Shown piece by piece: positions 24,532 through 35,429 of a stretch of DNA of 64,000 nt. This DNA is from Rhodosorus marinus CCMP1338 (lineage: Eukaryota; Plantae; Rhodophyta). Position numbers and translations under genes: made by a program. How positions within the stretch are numbered: the first letter of the stretch is position 1; each line of letters opens with the position of its first letter. The notes under the pieces were generated by a model, which saw only the letters and a program-made list of their open reading frames with translations, ran no database searches and was not told where the DNA came from. The DNA lies in the NCBI GenBank assembly GCA_029953675.1, contig JAMWBK010000005.1, positions 248,001-312,000 of the forward strand, in the 5' to 3' direction.

Positions 24532-26520
24532 ATGGATGTTGGGTTCATTCTGAGCGTTGGGAAATCCACGGGGGTCGCGAGTCGTTCGGGACAAGCGAAA
24601 TGCTGCAGAAGACGAGGGTTGATTATGAGGGCTGAGGAGTCCGCAGCTGACATGAACAAGGAGCACGGGCCGCGTGGAAAGAAGGGGAAGAAGAAGAAGA
24701 AGAAGAGTCAGGCGGCTGAGGCGGAGCCCGTAACAGAGAAGCAGACGAAGCCCGTATCTGAGGAGAAAAAGGAGGCTGTCGCAGTTGAGAAGGAAGTGGA
24801 GCCCGTGGCTATTGAAAAGGAGGAACCCGTGGCTGAGGGAAGGGAGCCCGTGACCGAGGAAAACGAGGATCCCGTAGCTGAGGAGGAGAAAGAGCCCATA
24901 GCTGAGGAGAAGAAGGAACCCGTGGCTGAGGGAAAGGAGCCCGTGGCCGAGGAAAACGAGGATCCCGTAGCTGAGGAGGAGAAAGAGCCCATAGCTGAGG
25001 AGAAGAAGGAGCCAGAGGCCGAGGAGAAGAAGGAGCCCGTCGCTGAGGAGAAGGAGGTGGAGCCCGTCGCTGAGGAGAAGGAGGTGGAGCCCGTCGCTGA
25101 GGAGAAGGAGGTGGAGCCCGTCGCTGAGGAGAAGGAGGTGGAGCCCGTCGCTGAGGAGAAGAAAGAGGAGCCCATCGCTGAGGAGAAGGAGGTGGAGCCC
25201 GTCGCTGAGGAGAAGGAGCCCGTCGCCGAGGAGAAGGAGGTGGAGCCCGTCGCTGAGGAGAAGAAAGTGGAGCCCGTCGCTGAGGAGAAGAAAGTTGAGC
25301 CCGTCGCTGAGGAGAAGAAGGAGCCCGTCGCTGAGGAGAAGGAGGTGGAGCCCGTCGCTGAGGAGAAGAAAGTGGAGCCCGTCGCTGAGGAGAAGAAAGT
25401 GGAGCCCGTCGCTGAGGAGAAGAAAGTGGAGCCCATCGCTGAGGAGAAGAAAGTGGAGCCCGTCGCTGAGGAGAAGAAAGTGGAGCCCGTCGCTGAGGAG
25501 AAGAAAGTGGAGCCCGTCGCTGAGGAGAAGAAGGAGCCCGTAGAGGTTGAAAGGGAGGATCCCGTAGCTGAGGAGAAGAAGGAGCCCGTTGCGGTTGAAA
25601 GGGAGGATCCCGTAGCTGAGGAGAAGAAGGAACCCATCACCGTTGAGAGGAAGGAGCCCGTCGCCGTTGAGAAGAAGGAGCCCGTCGCTCAGAAAGAGGA
25701 GGCCGTGGCTTGGCAGATTAGCCAACCCGTTAGTTTCGAGACTAGTGAAATCGCGTCTGAGATGCAGGACCCCGTCTCTGAGAAGCACGACAGGGCTGCT
25801 GAGCGGGTCGAGCCGGATGTTATTACGTTGAGGTGAGCGTTTGTCATTCTGTCATCTGAGATAATGAGAGTGTTCTCTGACATCGCTGTGTATACACCAG
25901 ACCTTCGTACAAGCTGCAGTATGGAATCCTGGGTACGGCGGTTTGGCTGAAGGTGCTCGGAATCGACTCTGCGGCGATTCCCGTCGCTCTGCTGGGAGCT
26001 TTTCTGTTCTATCAAGTGCGTCGTTCAGAGCGCCCTCCCGCCTGCAGAGGAACTTTCAGTCCATTTTTTCTTCAATACTAACCATGACTTTGCTCATTAT
26101 GATCTGCTGCTCTCGCCCAGGCTAAAGCGGTTAAGTTCTCCTTCTCGCGCTCGAGCTTGATAGTTTCCAAACCTCAAAAGAAGGGCCCAGATGTGGTGGT
26201 TGGTGAATGGTAAGAGGTTTTCAAGGACAACCACCGTGATCCTCTGTCTAGTCGTATCAGATCTGAGTTTGAATATACATGCTTTTCTCCTTAGGGACTA
26301 TCTGACATGGTCAAACTGGGAAATGTGGTGGCCCAAAGTACCCATCTTGGTCTATTTTAAGGAAATCGGAAGCATCCATTTCTTTCCTATCATCTTCAAC
26401 CCTGATGAACTACTGTACTGCCTACAAACTCGCACGGGCCTGCCAAAGGTATCCTACCCAAGCAAAGACCTCCCCCCGGGCGCTTACAATAAGCAGGGAG
26501 ATAAGTCTCTCGATGAATGA
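24532..26520 (+). CDS. Plastid-targeted DUF3119-family membrane protein with a long EPVAEEK repeat region; 4 exons
   Basis: Exon 1 is 24532-25832, intron 25833-25900, exon 2 is 25901-26015, exon 3 starts at 26121, last exon ends at 26520. Spliced C-terminus TLRPSYKLQYGILG...LLGAFLFYQ|AKAVKFSF...W|DYLTWSNWEMWWPKVPILVYFKEIGSIHFFPIIF matches the DUF3119 pattern as I recall it. Confidence 0.85.
24724..25710 (+). repeat. Coding minisatellite, about 40 units of 21-27 nt (E/D-P-V/I-A-E-E-K-K/E-V)
   Basis: Core unit GAGCCCGTCGCTGAGGAGAAG(AAA/GAG)GTG. All units keep the frame. Higher-order 31-aa (x2) and 16-aa (x2) blocks flank a homogeneous core. Confidence 0.97.
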
Positions 26521-26712
26521 CAGTGCATGGCATAAAGTTATTAAGACAAATCTCTGGAGGAACTCGTGCTTGCCATGAACTCGACTCGATACTCAGTTGG
26601 CGTTTCTTCAAGAGCAATCCACACTCAAAGAAACCACCATAGACCCGATCCTCTCACAAAGCAAAGTTGACGCATCGAAAAATCGATCGCAAACTATTCA
26701 ACTTTCAGCAGT

Positions 26713-27770
26713 TCAAGCACCGACAATGTCCAACCGCAAGGAGCTGAGCCCAGTCGCCAAAATGGGCTCAAGTCTAATAACATCCTCAGCATCCTGCACA
26801 AAATACGAAAACTCGAGCTTCCTTCCGTCGGCGATCCCCATCACTTGACCAAGCTGCTCTCTTAGGCTCCTCACCCGACTCTCATCTAGCAGATCTTCGC
26901 TACCGTCGCTCACGTAGAGGCCTATGCACTCCAGGCTTGGACACTCGTCCTTGACGTACGTAATCAGCTCAGTCTCAGCACCAGCGACGGACAACGATGA
27001 CTCCAGCGATGACTGAGCAAGGGCTACTGAAACTTTCAACCGTCTACCATCCCGGTACCTCTTATTCTTCGACACTGAAGCGTTTAGTGCGTTTAGGACC
27101 TCAATATCGTGAACTCCTACAAGAAGGGATTGTTAAGGCGAAAGTTGTATGCCTAAGTTGCTTGTGTGCGGCTTCAAAACGGTTATGCAGTATTTCTTTT
27201 ACAAACCTTCAACGACTTCCAGGTTGAAAAGTCTGTCCACAAAGCTGGCAGCTGAAGTCCGACGTACGTTTACGACTCTCCAGCTAACATTTGTAGGAAG
27301 GTCTTTGTTGAAGCCTCGGGTCTGCAGCAGATTGGAGTGTCTGAAGTTCCGAATACCTGCGTCGTACAAGACCTGTTCATCCGAGAAAAAAAGGTGACCG
27401 GCCTCAGTTACCTATTCCGAGGCCAGCATATGTAATGGCTTCACACCTGCAGCTGCAGCCAGTGAGCATTCCTTGCTGAGGCTGAAATAGACGTCTTGAG
27501 ATCCCTTCTCCTGTGACGGTTTCCATTTGAAACAACCTCTACAATGTTTTCCAGTCTATCGGTTGTCTCCGTAAGTTCAGACACGTCAAAGTCAAGATCA
27601 TCAAAATCAACAGTCAAATCTTCCTCCAAACTCCTTGCAGCTACTTGACGTCGACCGGGTCTTCGTCTATTCAGCAGAACCTCCCTCCGTCCACTTCCGA
27701 TACGCGTGGCTACGACAAACAACGCCGATCGGAACGTCCCTTTGCTGTCACCAGCAGCGGTCGCCGCCAT
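26713..27770 (-). CDS. Divergent PLPBP/YggS/PROSC-like TIM-barrel protein with an organellar transit-like N-terminus; 3 exons (27770-27447, 27372-27207, 27116-26713)
   Basis: Spliced product follows the YggS motif order: LYDAGIRNF, LPTNVSW, NLEVVEGVHDIEVLNALN, RLKVSV, DECPSLECIGLY, LRSLREQL. Both introns are GT-AG and in frame. Confidence 0.75.
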
Positions 27771-28082
27771 AGCAGGAAAGCCACATCAAAACCCACGGCT
27801 TGCCTTACCTGCACTTACCGATTCCAACTCAGCACTGGCGCTCTCCGTCTATGCAACCTTTTGTACGCAGCAGTGGATGCTTCTGCTGAGGGTCTTCATA
27901 CCACTACTTGTCCTAGCGCGATCGGGGCGCGAAACAGGGAAGTTTTGATCGCGAACTTGACTTGCCAATGATTGGGAAACTGAAGACACTTTACATCTAA
28001 AAAAAAAATGTGCACGTACTTGACTTTACATATGTTACACCGTCATACATCTTCAGAAGAGTGCTGCAGAGACCACTCTCCG

Positions 28083-29408
28083 TTACACTAGTTCTACAAA
28101 TGCTTGTCCACTCCCTCCTTGAACACCGGTCACTTCCGTGCTGACCGTTGACTTCGTCGTGCGACTCGCTGAGCTCTTGTTCGAGGTTTCCTGCTTCGAG
28201 AGTGCGTAGGCACCCAACGAACCAGGATCCGCGACGAATTGACCCTTCACCAAGTTAACAACGGTCATCACAGTCACGTACAGAAAGGCTAAACAAGCTG
28301 CAATAATAAAAATGGTGGCAATCACTTCCCAGAAGAGGTTGTCCATTCCGAACGCAACTGCTGTCGCCGAAGCGGCAGCAGTTGAGGTAGGGAAAATCAC
28401 CGCCCAAAATGCCACGGCAAAAGGCTGTCTGGCGAATGACCTTGTAATCCTAATCACCATCAGGTAGAAGTAAAAGTCGATGAAAAAGAAGAACGATACG
28501 ACTGCGTCGTGGGGATTCTCAGAGCCAGAAGCAACGTTAATGAGCAGCCAAGCCACGGACGCCGCTGCCGGTGGAGCAATAAACAGCGCCAACGTAGGGT
28601 TCGGATTCTCGTGCATCGATTTGAAAGATTCCGAGAGTCTTAGGAACAACGCTACCACAACAATTATCCAGAACAGCAGCCCCACAAAGAACATCAGCTG
28701 GGGACCTTCAGTCTCACCCAGCGACGCTCCGTACGAGGCAACTAGAAAATTGCCGATTATGGACATCTGCTGAGTCGGGGATACCCACTTCAGCGAGAAA
28801 TTCTTGCCGAAAAGCCAATCCCCATAAACATATAAAGAAAGCCCAAGCTGGTAAGCCAGCAAACTATAGAACACGATCTCGCTCAGCGTATCGTTCGTTA
28901 GAAATCTAGGGGCATTCGAGGCTAGTCCCGTTGCAACAATCAGCGGCGAAAAGAAGAAGTTAACCAGCCGATTGCAAAAGAAGTCCCTCTTCAAGAGAGA
29001 CAAACTCATATAGGCTCGCGCAATGTACGCGAGCGTAGTCAGCGCAAACACTGTCAGCGTAATGAACCAAAACACCCAGGAAAGCTGAACCGGTACATCA
29101 AACCAACCAAAATTCCCGCTCACACTCTTCCACATTCCTGTGAACGCGCTCAACCCAAGCGAAGGACCATAATATGCGATGTTGAGTTGCGCTAGTGCAA
29201 GCTTCCAATTGCTTTGCTCCCCTAGTACATCATTCAATTCCTGGCTCAAAGGCGGCAAGTTCTTACAACCAGCGCAGGTGCACCTGCCATACATTGCCTG
29301 ATAGTCCGCCTGACCTGAAACGCCGTGTTCGGGTCTGATCCTCTCGCTCTGCTCGTCCGAGTCGGCGTCACCGGACCATCTTCTATTTGGAACCGTATCG
29401 TTGCCCAT
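28083..29408 (-). CDS. SLAC1/TDT (TehA-like) anion channel or transporter; intronless
   Basis: About 10 hydrophobic helices. Family motifs VNFFFSPLI, LFIAPPAAASVAW and FAVAFWAVIFP (the WxYTFP-like gate motif). Confidence 0.9.
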   Translation of the reverse strand: MGNDTVPNRRWSGDADSDEQSERIRPEHGVSGQADYQAMYGRCTCAGCKNLPPLSQELNDVLGEQSNWKLALAQLNIAYYGPSLGLSAFTGMWKSVSGNFGWFDVPVQLSWVFWFITLTVFALTTLAYIARAYMSLSLLKRDFFCNRLVNFFFSPLIVATGLASNAPRFLTNDTLSEIVFYSLLAYQLGLSLYVYGDWLFGKNFSLKWVSPTQQMSIIGNFLVASYGASLGETEGPQLMFFVGLLFWIIVVVALFLRLSESFKSMHENPNPTLALFIAPPAAASVAWLLINVASGSENPHDAVVSFFFFIDFYFYLMVIRITRSFARQPFAVAFWAVIFPTSTAAASATAVAFGMDNLFWEVIATIFIIAACLAFLYVTVMTVVNLVKGQFVADPGSLGAYALSKQETSNKSSASRTTKSTVSTEVTGVQGGSGQAFVELV

Positions 29409-31416
29409 ACCAATCCACAAATTTCACTAGCCAGGGCACTCCACACAAAGCTGCTAAGCATCCATCGTCGACCTTCGTTCCCCCAAACCTCTACAAAAGG
29501 GATCCCTCTTATCCGTTGTCCAGCAAGCAACCGAAGTTTCTCCAAATCTACAACAACAGGACGTACAATAAGGGGGATGCAGACTGCTCGCACGTTCTAC
29601 GCCGCGCGCCCTTCTGCTATTCCTCTTTCTCTTGTCTCACTTTCTGCGACCCAGAACTAGCCGAAACGAGCAACTAGCTTGCGGCTATAGGGCTGAGCAA
29701 CCGCAGGATTTCCAAACTTTTAAGGCAGCAATAAGTATCCTAGCTCCCGATACATAGAAATAGAAAAACCCTCCTTACTTCAAGGGGTCCTAAGCCAATA
29801 GATTCCTCACTGGATGACATCTCCTCCCAGACCTCAATGCCAAACGATGGTCGCTCAATTGACAAACGGTCCCAACACACCACCCCAAACGCCTACCAGG
29901 GCGCACTGAATTCTAAAGAGGAGAAAACGTGACCCTTCAATGTGTACCGCTCCGCAGCAACAAAAAAAAACAACTAGAAGCAGAAAAACTTGTGCCGTAT
30001 ACCCGAATCTGGTCCCCGGTTCTCGTCAGAAGGTTCTTTTTAACCAACATCCCCCCTCTTCCCCCCCCAATGAAGGCGCACGCTTGTCCATCCCTTCCGC
30101 TCTACACCTTCATATTCTCTTTCTCTACAGGAGAGAAACTCCGTTTAACCAGAGGAAGACTGTATCCCGAAGGACTCCACAGCTCACACACAACCAAACC
30201 CCACCATCCCACCCCTTCCCTCCCACGACAATATCGTTTTTCCCTAAGTCGCTCGTGGACCGCCCCGATCATAGCTGTTCCACCCCTCCCGTAGTACCCG
30301 CCCAAATTGTAAAACATGAACGCCTGTAGTTGCTAGATTCAGAAACACATTTGGAACTTCAGTGTGCGCCACCCCTTGGGAAAAATATATCAGACCACCC
30401 CGTCTCTCCTCCAACCCCCCTTCGTATGGAGTTGTATCTGTATTCCAGGGTTTCTCTCAAAACTGTACAGTAAAAAAGTTTCCGCATTTCAATAGATTGC
30501 TAACCACCGATTATTTTCTGCTTTTTTTGGACGTTTTACCCCCCTGCTTCAGGGTGGATTCGTACGTTAGTGCAGTCTCGTACCAAACAGAAAGAGCTTC
30601 TCCTGGGGGGTAAGCTTTCATCTAGAACCGATTCACTGCGGAAACATGCGAGGCTTGGGAGGACATAAAACAACAGAAATCCCCGACAATCCTTAACCCG
30701 CTGAGCACAAAAAATAGTTTTTCGGGAAAGTATTACCCCCCATAAAGAATATGTAGGTCCCTGTTCAATATCGATAGGGGGTACAAGAACAGAATAGTAG
30801 ATTAGTAGTTTCTTGTACAGGATGTGGCTTAATTGATTTAGAACAAGGAGAAACCTGTACGGCTTTCCACATGACCATCAAATTTTACCGCAGAACAGCT
30901 GCCCATGAAAATATTTCATTAATTAAGACCTTGTCAGCAGCTGAACTATCCCAATCCACAGTATTTCTACTTCGATATTTTTACTACGATGAAACCTGTA
31001 CTTGGACTAAGTTTTTTAATGAATATTCCTACATTCATGCACAGGAGAAATTACTCCAGAATTTTGACCAATAGCTCAACAGAAAATAGTTTCTTCCTGG
31101 TCAATCCATTAAATTTAATTATCAAAAAGTATCTGCGATATCATTCCATTGCTCGACACTTGGAGGTCTCCGTAGGCCAAAACTCGGAACAAAAGAACAA
31201 AGTCTTTTTTTCCACCCAAGTCGTCTTCTGGATTCCAATCCGTTTTTAATACAGAATCGTCCGACAAGAAGGGTAAAATAATTCGTTGTATGGAATGCGG
31301 CTGCTAGTAGTTAGTAGTGCTCAGTTGTACATGGTGAAAATGTGGCTTTTAGGGGTTTTTAGATTAAAAACTGTGAAGCCCTCGGGCTAGGATTTGTCTT
31401 TGGGGGCAAAGAACTG

Positions 31417-32485
31417 TTATCGGCACAAGTCGTGACTAGCGGGGTTCATATTGTCCAAGCTGGGCGTATGCAATACTCCTGACTCTGTCTGTAAATTCAG
31501 AGCTGATGTCTTTGCTGGGGTGTTGGGAGGTGACGGATGAGCTGGAGCCAGGCTTGAGCGGAGCCAGGCTTTTCGCCGCATTGGGTTGCGTAGCATGCCC
31601 CTCATCGCGGGTCGCGACGAGAATGATCGATTAGGGAGCTCCTTCCCAAGCGTCCCTGCTGTCGTTACGCTTGATCAGATCCAGGAAGGAGTTAGTGGGT
31701 AGGTAACGTGACTGGTCATTTTCCATCTGTTATTGGTCATAGGTACCGGAGCTCGTGATGTAGGAAGCAAGCCAACCACCCCAGACATTTCTCCCACAGG
31801 AGCCCATCGCATCTTCCAGAGAGGAATGGCCCCAGTCCACAACGAAGATGGCCACGTCGCGCTTGAATAGGGGTTTGCAGAAGGTTTGTTGGGGATTGGG
31901 CTAGAGGTTTCAATTCCTACACTGGAGAAAACCGTCTCTTGAATATGGTTCTTTCACCGCGCGTGTTCTGCATCATTTGAATGTTTGTCTCCACATACAC
32001 CCACGATCATGAGCAGCCCGCACGGATGAGTCCCAAAAGACATTATTTGAAGTCGTAACACTGGTTCTTCACTCTTCACTCGCCAGCCACAAACTGCTGG
32101 CCGTGAATTTCTAGCGCCGAAGAACAACAAATTCTTCGCTCTAACGCCTTTTTGAGAGAGAAAGGAACCCGATGAGAGGAAGAAGATTTTTCATCACCAA
32201 ACGGACGCCCGAAAGGCTTGGCGGATGGGACCTGCGTGGAGCTCCAATTCTTAAAATATCCGGGGTAAAAACCATTATTTGAAGTCGTACCGCGGGTTAT
32301 TCACTTGATAGCCAGCCACAAACCGCTGGCTGCGAGCTTCTAGTGCAAAGAAATTCTTCACTCCAAGGCCTTTTTGAGAGAAAGGAGCCCGTTGAGACGA
32401 GGAAGGTTATTCATCACCAAACGTACGGCCGAGAGGCTTGCGGATGGGACCGCGCGAAGCTCCAATTCTTAAAATATCCAGGGTA
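31417..32485 (-). pseudogene. Decayed coding relic of unknown family
   Basis: Protein-like minus frames broken by stops and frameshifts, e.g. PLFKRDVAIFVVDWGHSSLEDAMG...YDQ*QMENDQSRYLPTNSFLDLIK. PGYFKNWS appears in both tandem copies. Confidence 0.3.
32041..32485. repeat. Diverged tandem duplication (32041-32267 and 32273-32485)
   Basis: Shared colinear blocks CATTATTTGAAGTCGTA, GCCAGCCACAAAC, GCCTTTTTGAGAGA, TTCATCACCAAACG, GCGGATGGGACC, GCTCCAATTCTTAAAATATCC. Confidence 0.92.
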
Positions 32486-32651
32486 CAGGTCCACACCCCA
32501 CAGTTTCTTGTTTAGATTGTACATGCCTTTTTGAGCAAACCTAGCCTCTGCGAGGAAATTGCTGTATCTATGTGTGACTTAAAACTGTTATCCGCAGAAT
32601 CTGCATGAGGACTTTCACATGAGATCGAGGACCTGATTCCGCCATAGTGGC

Positions 32652-32691
32652 GAGAGCTCGTGGAACTTCCCTAGAAGTTCCACGAGCTCTC
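32652..32691. repeat. Perfect 18-bp inverted repeat with a 4-nt loop
   Basis: GAGAGCTCGTGGAACTTC-CCTA-GAAGTTCCACGAGCTCTC. Confidence 0.95.
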
Positions 32692-33465
32692 AACAAACCT
32701 GTTTAGCCGCTGCCGATGTGTGGGCTCTGAAAAAATTCTTCTAGTAGAGCTCAAGCTCACATACCCGCACTCATGTGCTCAGACGCCGAAGCCGATCCGA
32801 GTAAAACGCCCCGCACCAGTTAATCACGAGAGGTAGGCCGGCGGCAAGTGGAACGAGCTTTGGTCACGGACCAGGGGCTGTTACCTTTTTTGTTGATCTA
32901 TGTCTTGCCTACAGCTTGCGTACTCCGTTGCAACAAATCTAGAAGAAAAGCGCTGTACTAGACGGAGAAACACATTCTACTGTTCAAGTGCCAGTTTGGT
33001 ACGTTGGAAACTCCATGTTTTCTCGCATCAGAAGCAGATGTTGCCAGTTTCCTAATCCACTCTAGGACCCGCTTCTCAGCAACGACGTTGGCCTGGGTTT
33101 AAGAACCGCCCATTTCTGTACGTCCAATGTGTCGTTCGTTTCCGCATGGTGGATCCGGAGTCTTCGGAAACGCGCATGGTCCAAACCAGAAAATTGCAGT
33201 TGTGTAGATGTCGAGGCCCATTGGCATCCTTTGACCAACCTCTTGACGGGCAAGCATGTGCGGTTATTTGAGCATAGAGGACCTCCAGATACGCTCTTCA
33301 ATACAGCTTTATACCCGTCGACGAGATCTGATCCACTAAGTCAGAGTAGGAATGGGCTCTTCCACTCCGACAAGCACTTTGTTTCTTAAAAATCCTAATC
33401 AGCGCTGGGCAATCGTCGGCTGGTACGTCCAACGCCTCTGGGGCTGGATCTTTCGCTGCTTGTAG

Positions 33466-33537
33466 GGTTCTACAATTGCGCTGGTAGACAACTCTAACAT
33501 GTTGTGAGAGAACTTGGTTCGATTCCTATCTCAACTA
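33466..33537 (+). pseudogene. Possible decayed tRNA-derived sequence
   Basis: Exact B-box GGTTCGATTCC at 33516-33526 and TGGTAGA at 33482-33488, at tRNA-like spacing. Stems pair only partly, so it is not a functional tRNA. Confidence 0.25.
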
Positions 33538-34256
33538 GGAAACCATAGGAGCGAAGCTTCGACGCGCCACGACAACGGATCTGAAGTGAGCTAATGATTT
33601 GCAAGCCGGCTGTATCGCCGGATCAGCCCCGGACCATGGTCGCTATTGGGGAGGGAAACCTCGTCATCATCCTGTACATGCCCCGCTATTCTGAGCGGGC
33701 ACCTGCTCGAGTGTACGCCAACAGTCCCAAATTCTGATCACCCTACAGCTTTGCAAGATGGATGAAACCGTCTACACTGAACCAGGGAAGAAATCTCTAA
33801 CGAGCATCGTTGTTGTGCTCGCTCCACCTCTTCTGCTAAACTTAGAACGTAAAGCCCAGCAGCCATGATGAAACGCGAAGAGCCACCCCCTTTCAAGCGA
33901 TTTTAGGATGAAGGTGTTGCGGGGAAAGCGGTTCTGGCGAGCAACTCGAGGTCGTCGCGTTTAAGCAGTGTAGGCGACTTGGGTCGAGCAACTCACGCAT
34001 GCGCGACGAGGAAGTAATGATATTCGGACGTACGGTTGCACTTCACCCTGGGCCCCGTTTAGGGGAATTGCAAGCACAAATGGACCATCTATTTATTTCT
34101 TTAATTGATTGTAGCTTAACTGTGTGAAGGCCCCAAGACACTTTCGCTAGTTTCTTGCCCAAACTGCCTCCCTCCCAGAGACACGACAAATTCTTATACA
34201 TACAACAAAACTCTTCTTCGGGAGGCTCTACACGGGCACCAACTCAGTAGCCGAGC

Positions 34257-34554
34257 CTATTCACTGGTAGTAATCTTCTTGCTGTCCTGCGGGGTTTTCT
34301 CACCCAGCAACTTAGGTTTATCGCTCTGATCAAGCTCAGGCACTGCTTCCTGCCCATTCCTAGCCGTCCTCATGGAGGGGCTGTGTGAGGAAGACAGAAA
34401 AGAGATGTACTGCTGCTCGTATTCCTCCACCGAATCAGCCCTAACAAACACAATCAGGATACGAAACTGAATTTACAACAAGAACTCCTATTGGATCTCA
34501 GCGAAAGACTTACCATTCCTTCTCCTCCATCTCAGAAATCGTCCTCAAATCCAT
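34257..34554 (-). CDS. Small two-exon hypothetical protein (74 aa)
   Basis: ATG at 34554, exon 34554-34514, intron GTAAGTC...TGTTAG, exon 34440-34257. Spliced frame is open: MDLRTISEMEEKEWADSVEEYEQQY...ITTSE*. Confidence 0.5.
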
Positions 34555-35429
34555 TTCAGCGAGGCGACAGCGAACTAACCCTCAATCTTCAAATGTCAGA
34601 ACCCCCGAGATCTCAGCGGACGAACTGCTCACTCTTCTGTCAAAACGTCTACCTCGTCTAGTCTTATATCTCGAATAGGGTTGACTTTTCGAATGCCCAT
34701 CCTTCTGTGCGACCGCTAGTGTGGTCAAATACCGACAGACTGCGGCATATTAGGCTACGCAAGAAACCCACGACGTGTGCAAGTCTTCCCTGCCAGCCAA
34801 TCTTCCACTGTTCAAGTAACCTTCACTGATCCTTCCACGCAAAATTGCATTAATCAATCAATATACTTATGCTGGCTACTAATAAAGTCATATAAAAGGC
34901 CTTTTCAGTCAAAATAACCGCACGCGACAGCCTCGTTGACCTAGTGACACTTAACCAGTAACTTAGGCTGAGATATCGGTGTATCCTCCCAATCAAAATA
35001 CTTCCTTTTTCAGGGGTGGTCGGAGATGCTGAATAAATCTAACGATATTTAGGGCATCATGAGGCTGTGCGGATCAGTAATGATCATCTGAGGCAATCAA
35101 TATTGCCCGATATTTTCAATAAAGTTTTATGACCAAAACTAGGAAGTTTAAAATTATTGTCCAAAAGTGCTTATTTTAGTTTGTCTATCAGCTAATTTTT
35201 TGGAGCAATTTTTTAATATGCTTATATAGAAAGCTGAACTGGAGCGGTCCATTGATCAAAACCCACTTGATTGGCGGTCACGGTACGCTCGATTCCACTT
35301 GGCATTTGGATAAAGGCGTTTACCAAGCCTCTATCTGGTCTGCATCAGGCCTTTATCTATTTTGCTTTTGTGATTTGGTTGCTATTATAGGGAGGTAATG
35401 AGCACCCTGTCTCCCTCCACAGTGATTGG

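Noticed and set aside
24724-25710. Regular repeat as a possible CRISPR array
   Set aside because: Units are contiguous with no unique spacers, they keep a coding frame, and the DNA is eukaryotic.
24331-25788. Long minus-strand ORFs (LLLSDGLHF... 485 aa; FFSSATGST... 310 aa)
   Set aside because: These are shadow frames of the plus-strand minisatellite. The plus frame has the ATG, the transit peptide and the splice link to DUF3119.
35060-35210. U4 snRNA-like look (AATGA...GAGGC...ATTGC and an Sm-like AATTTTTTGG)
   Set aside because: The U6-pairing segments do not match, and T-runs are expected in this AT-rich patch. An Infernal search would settle it.
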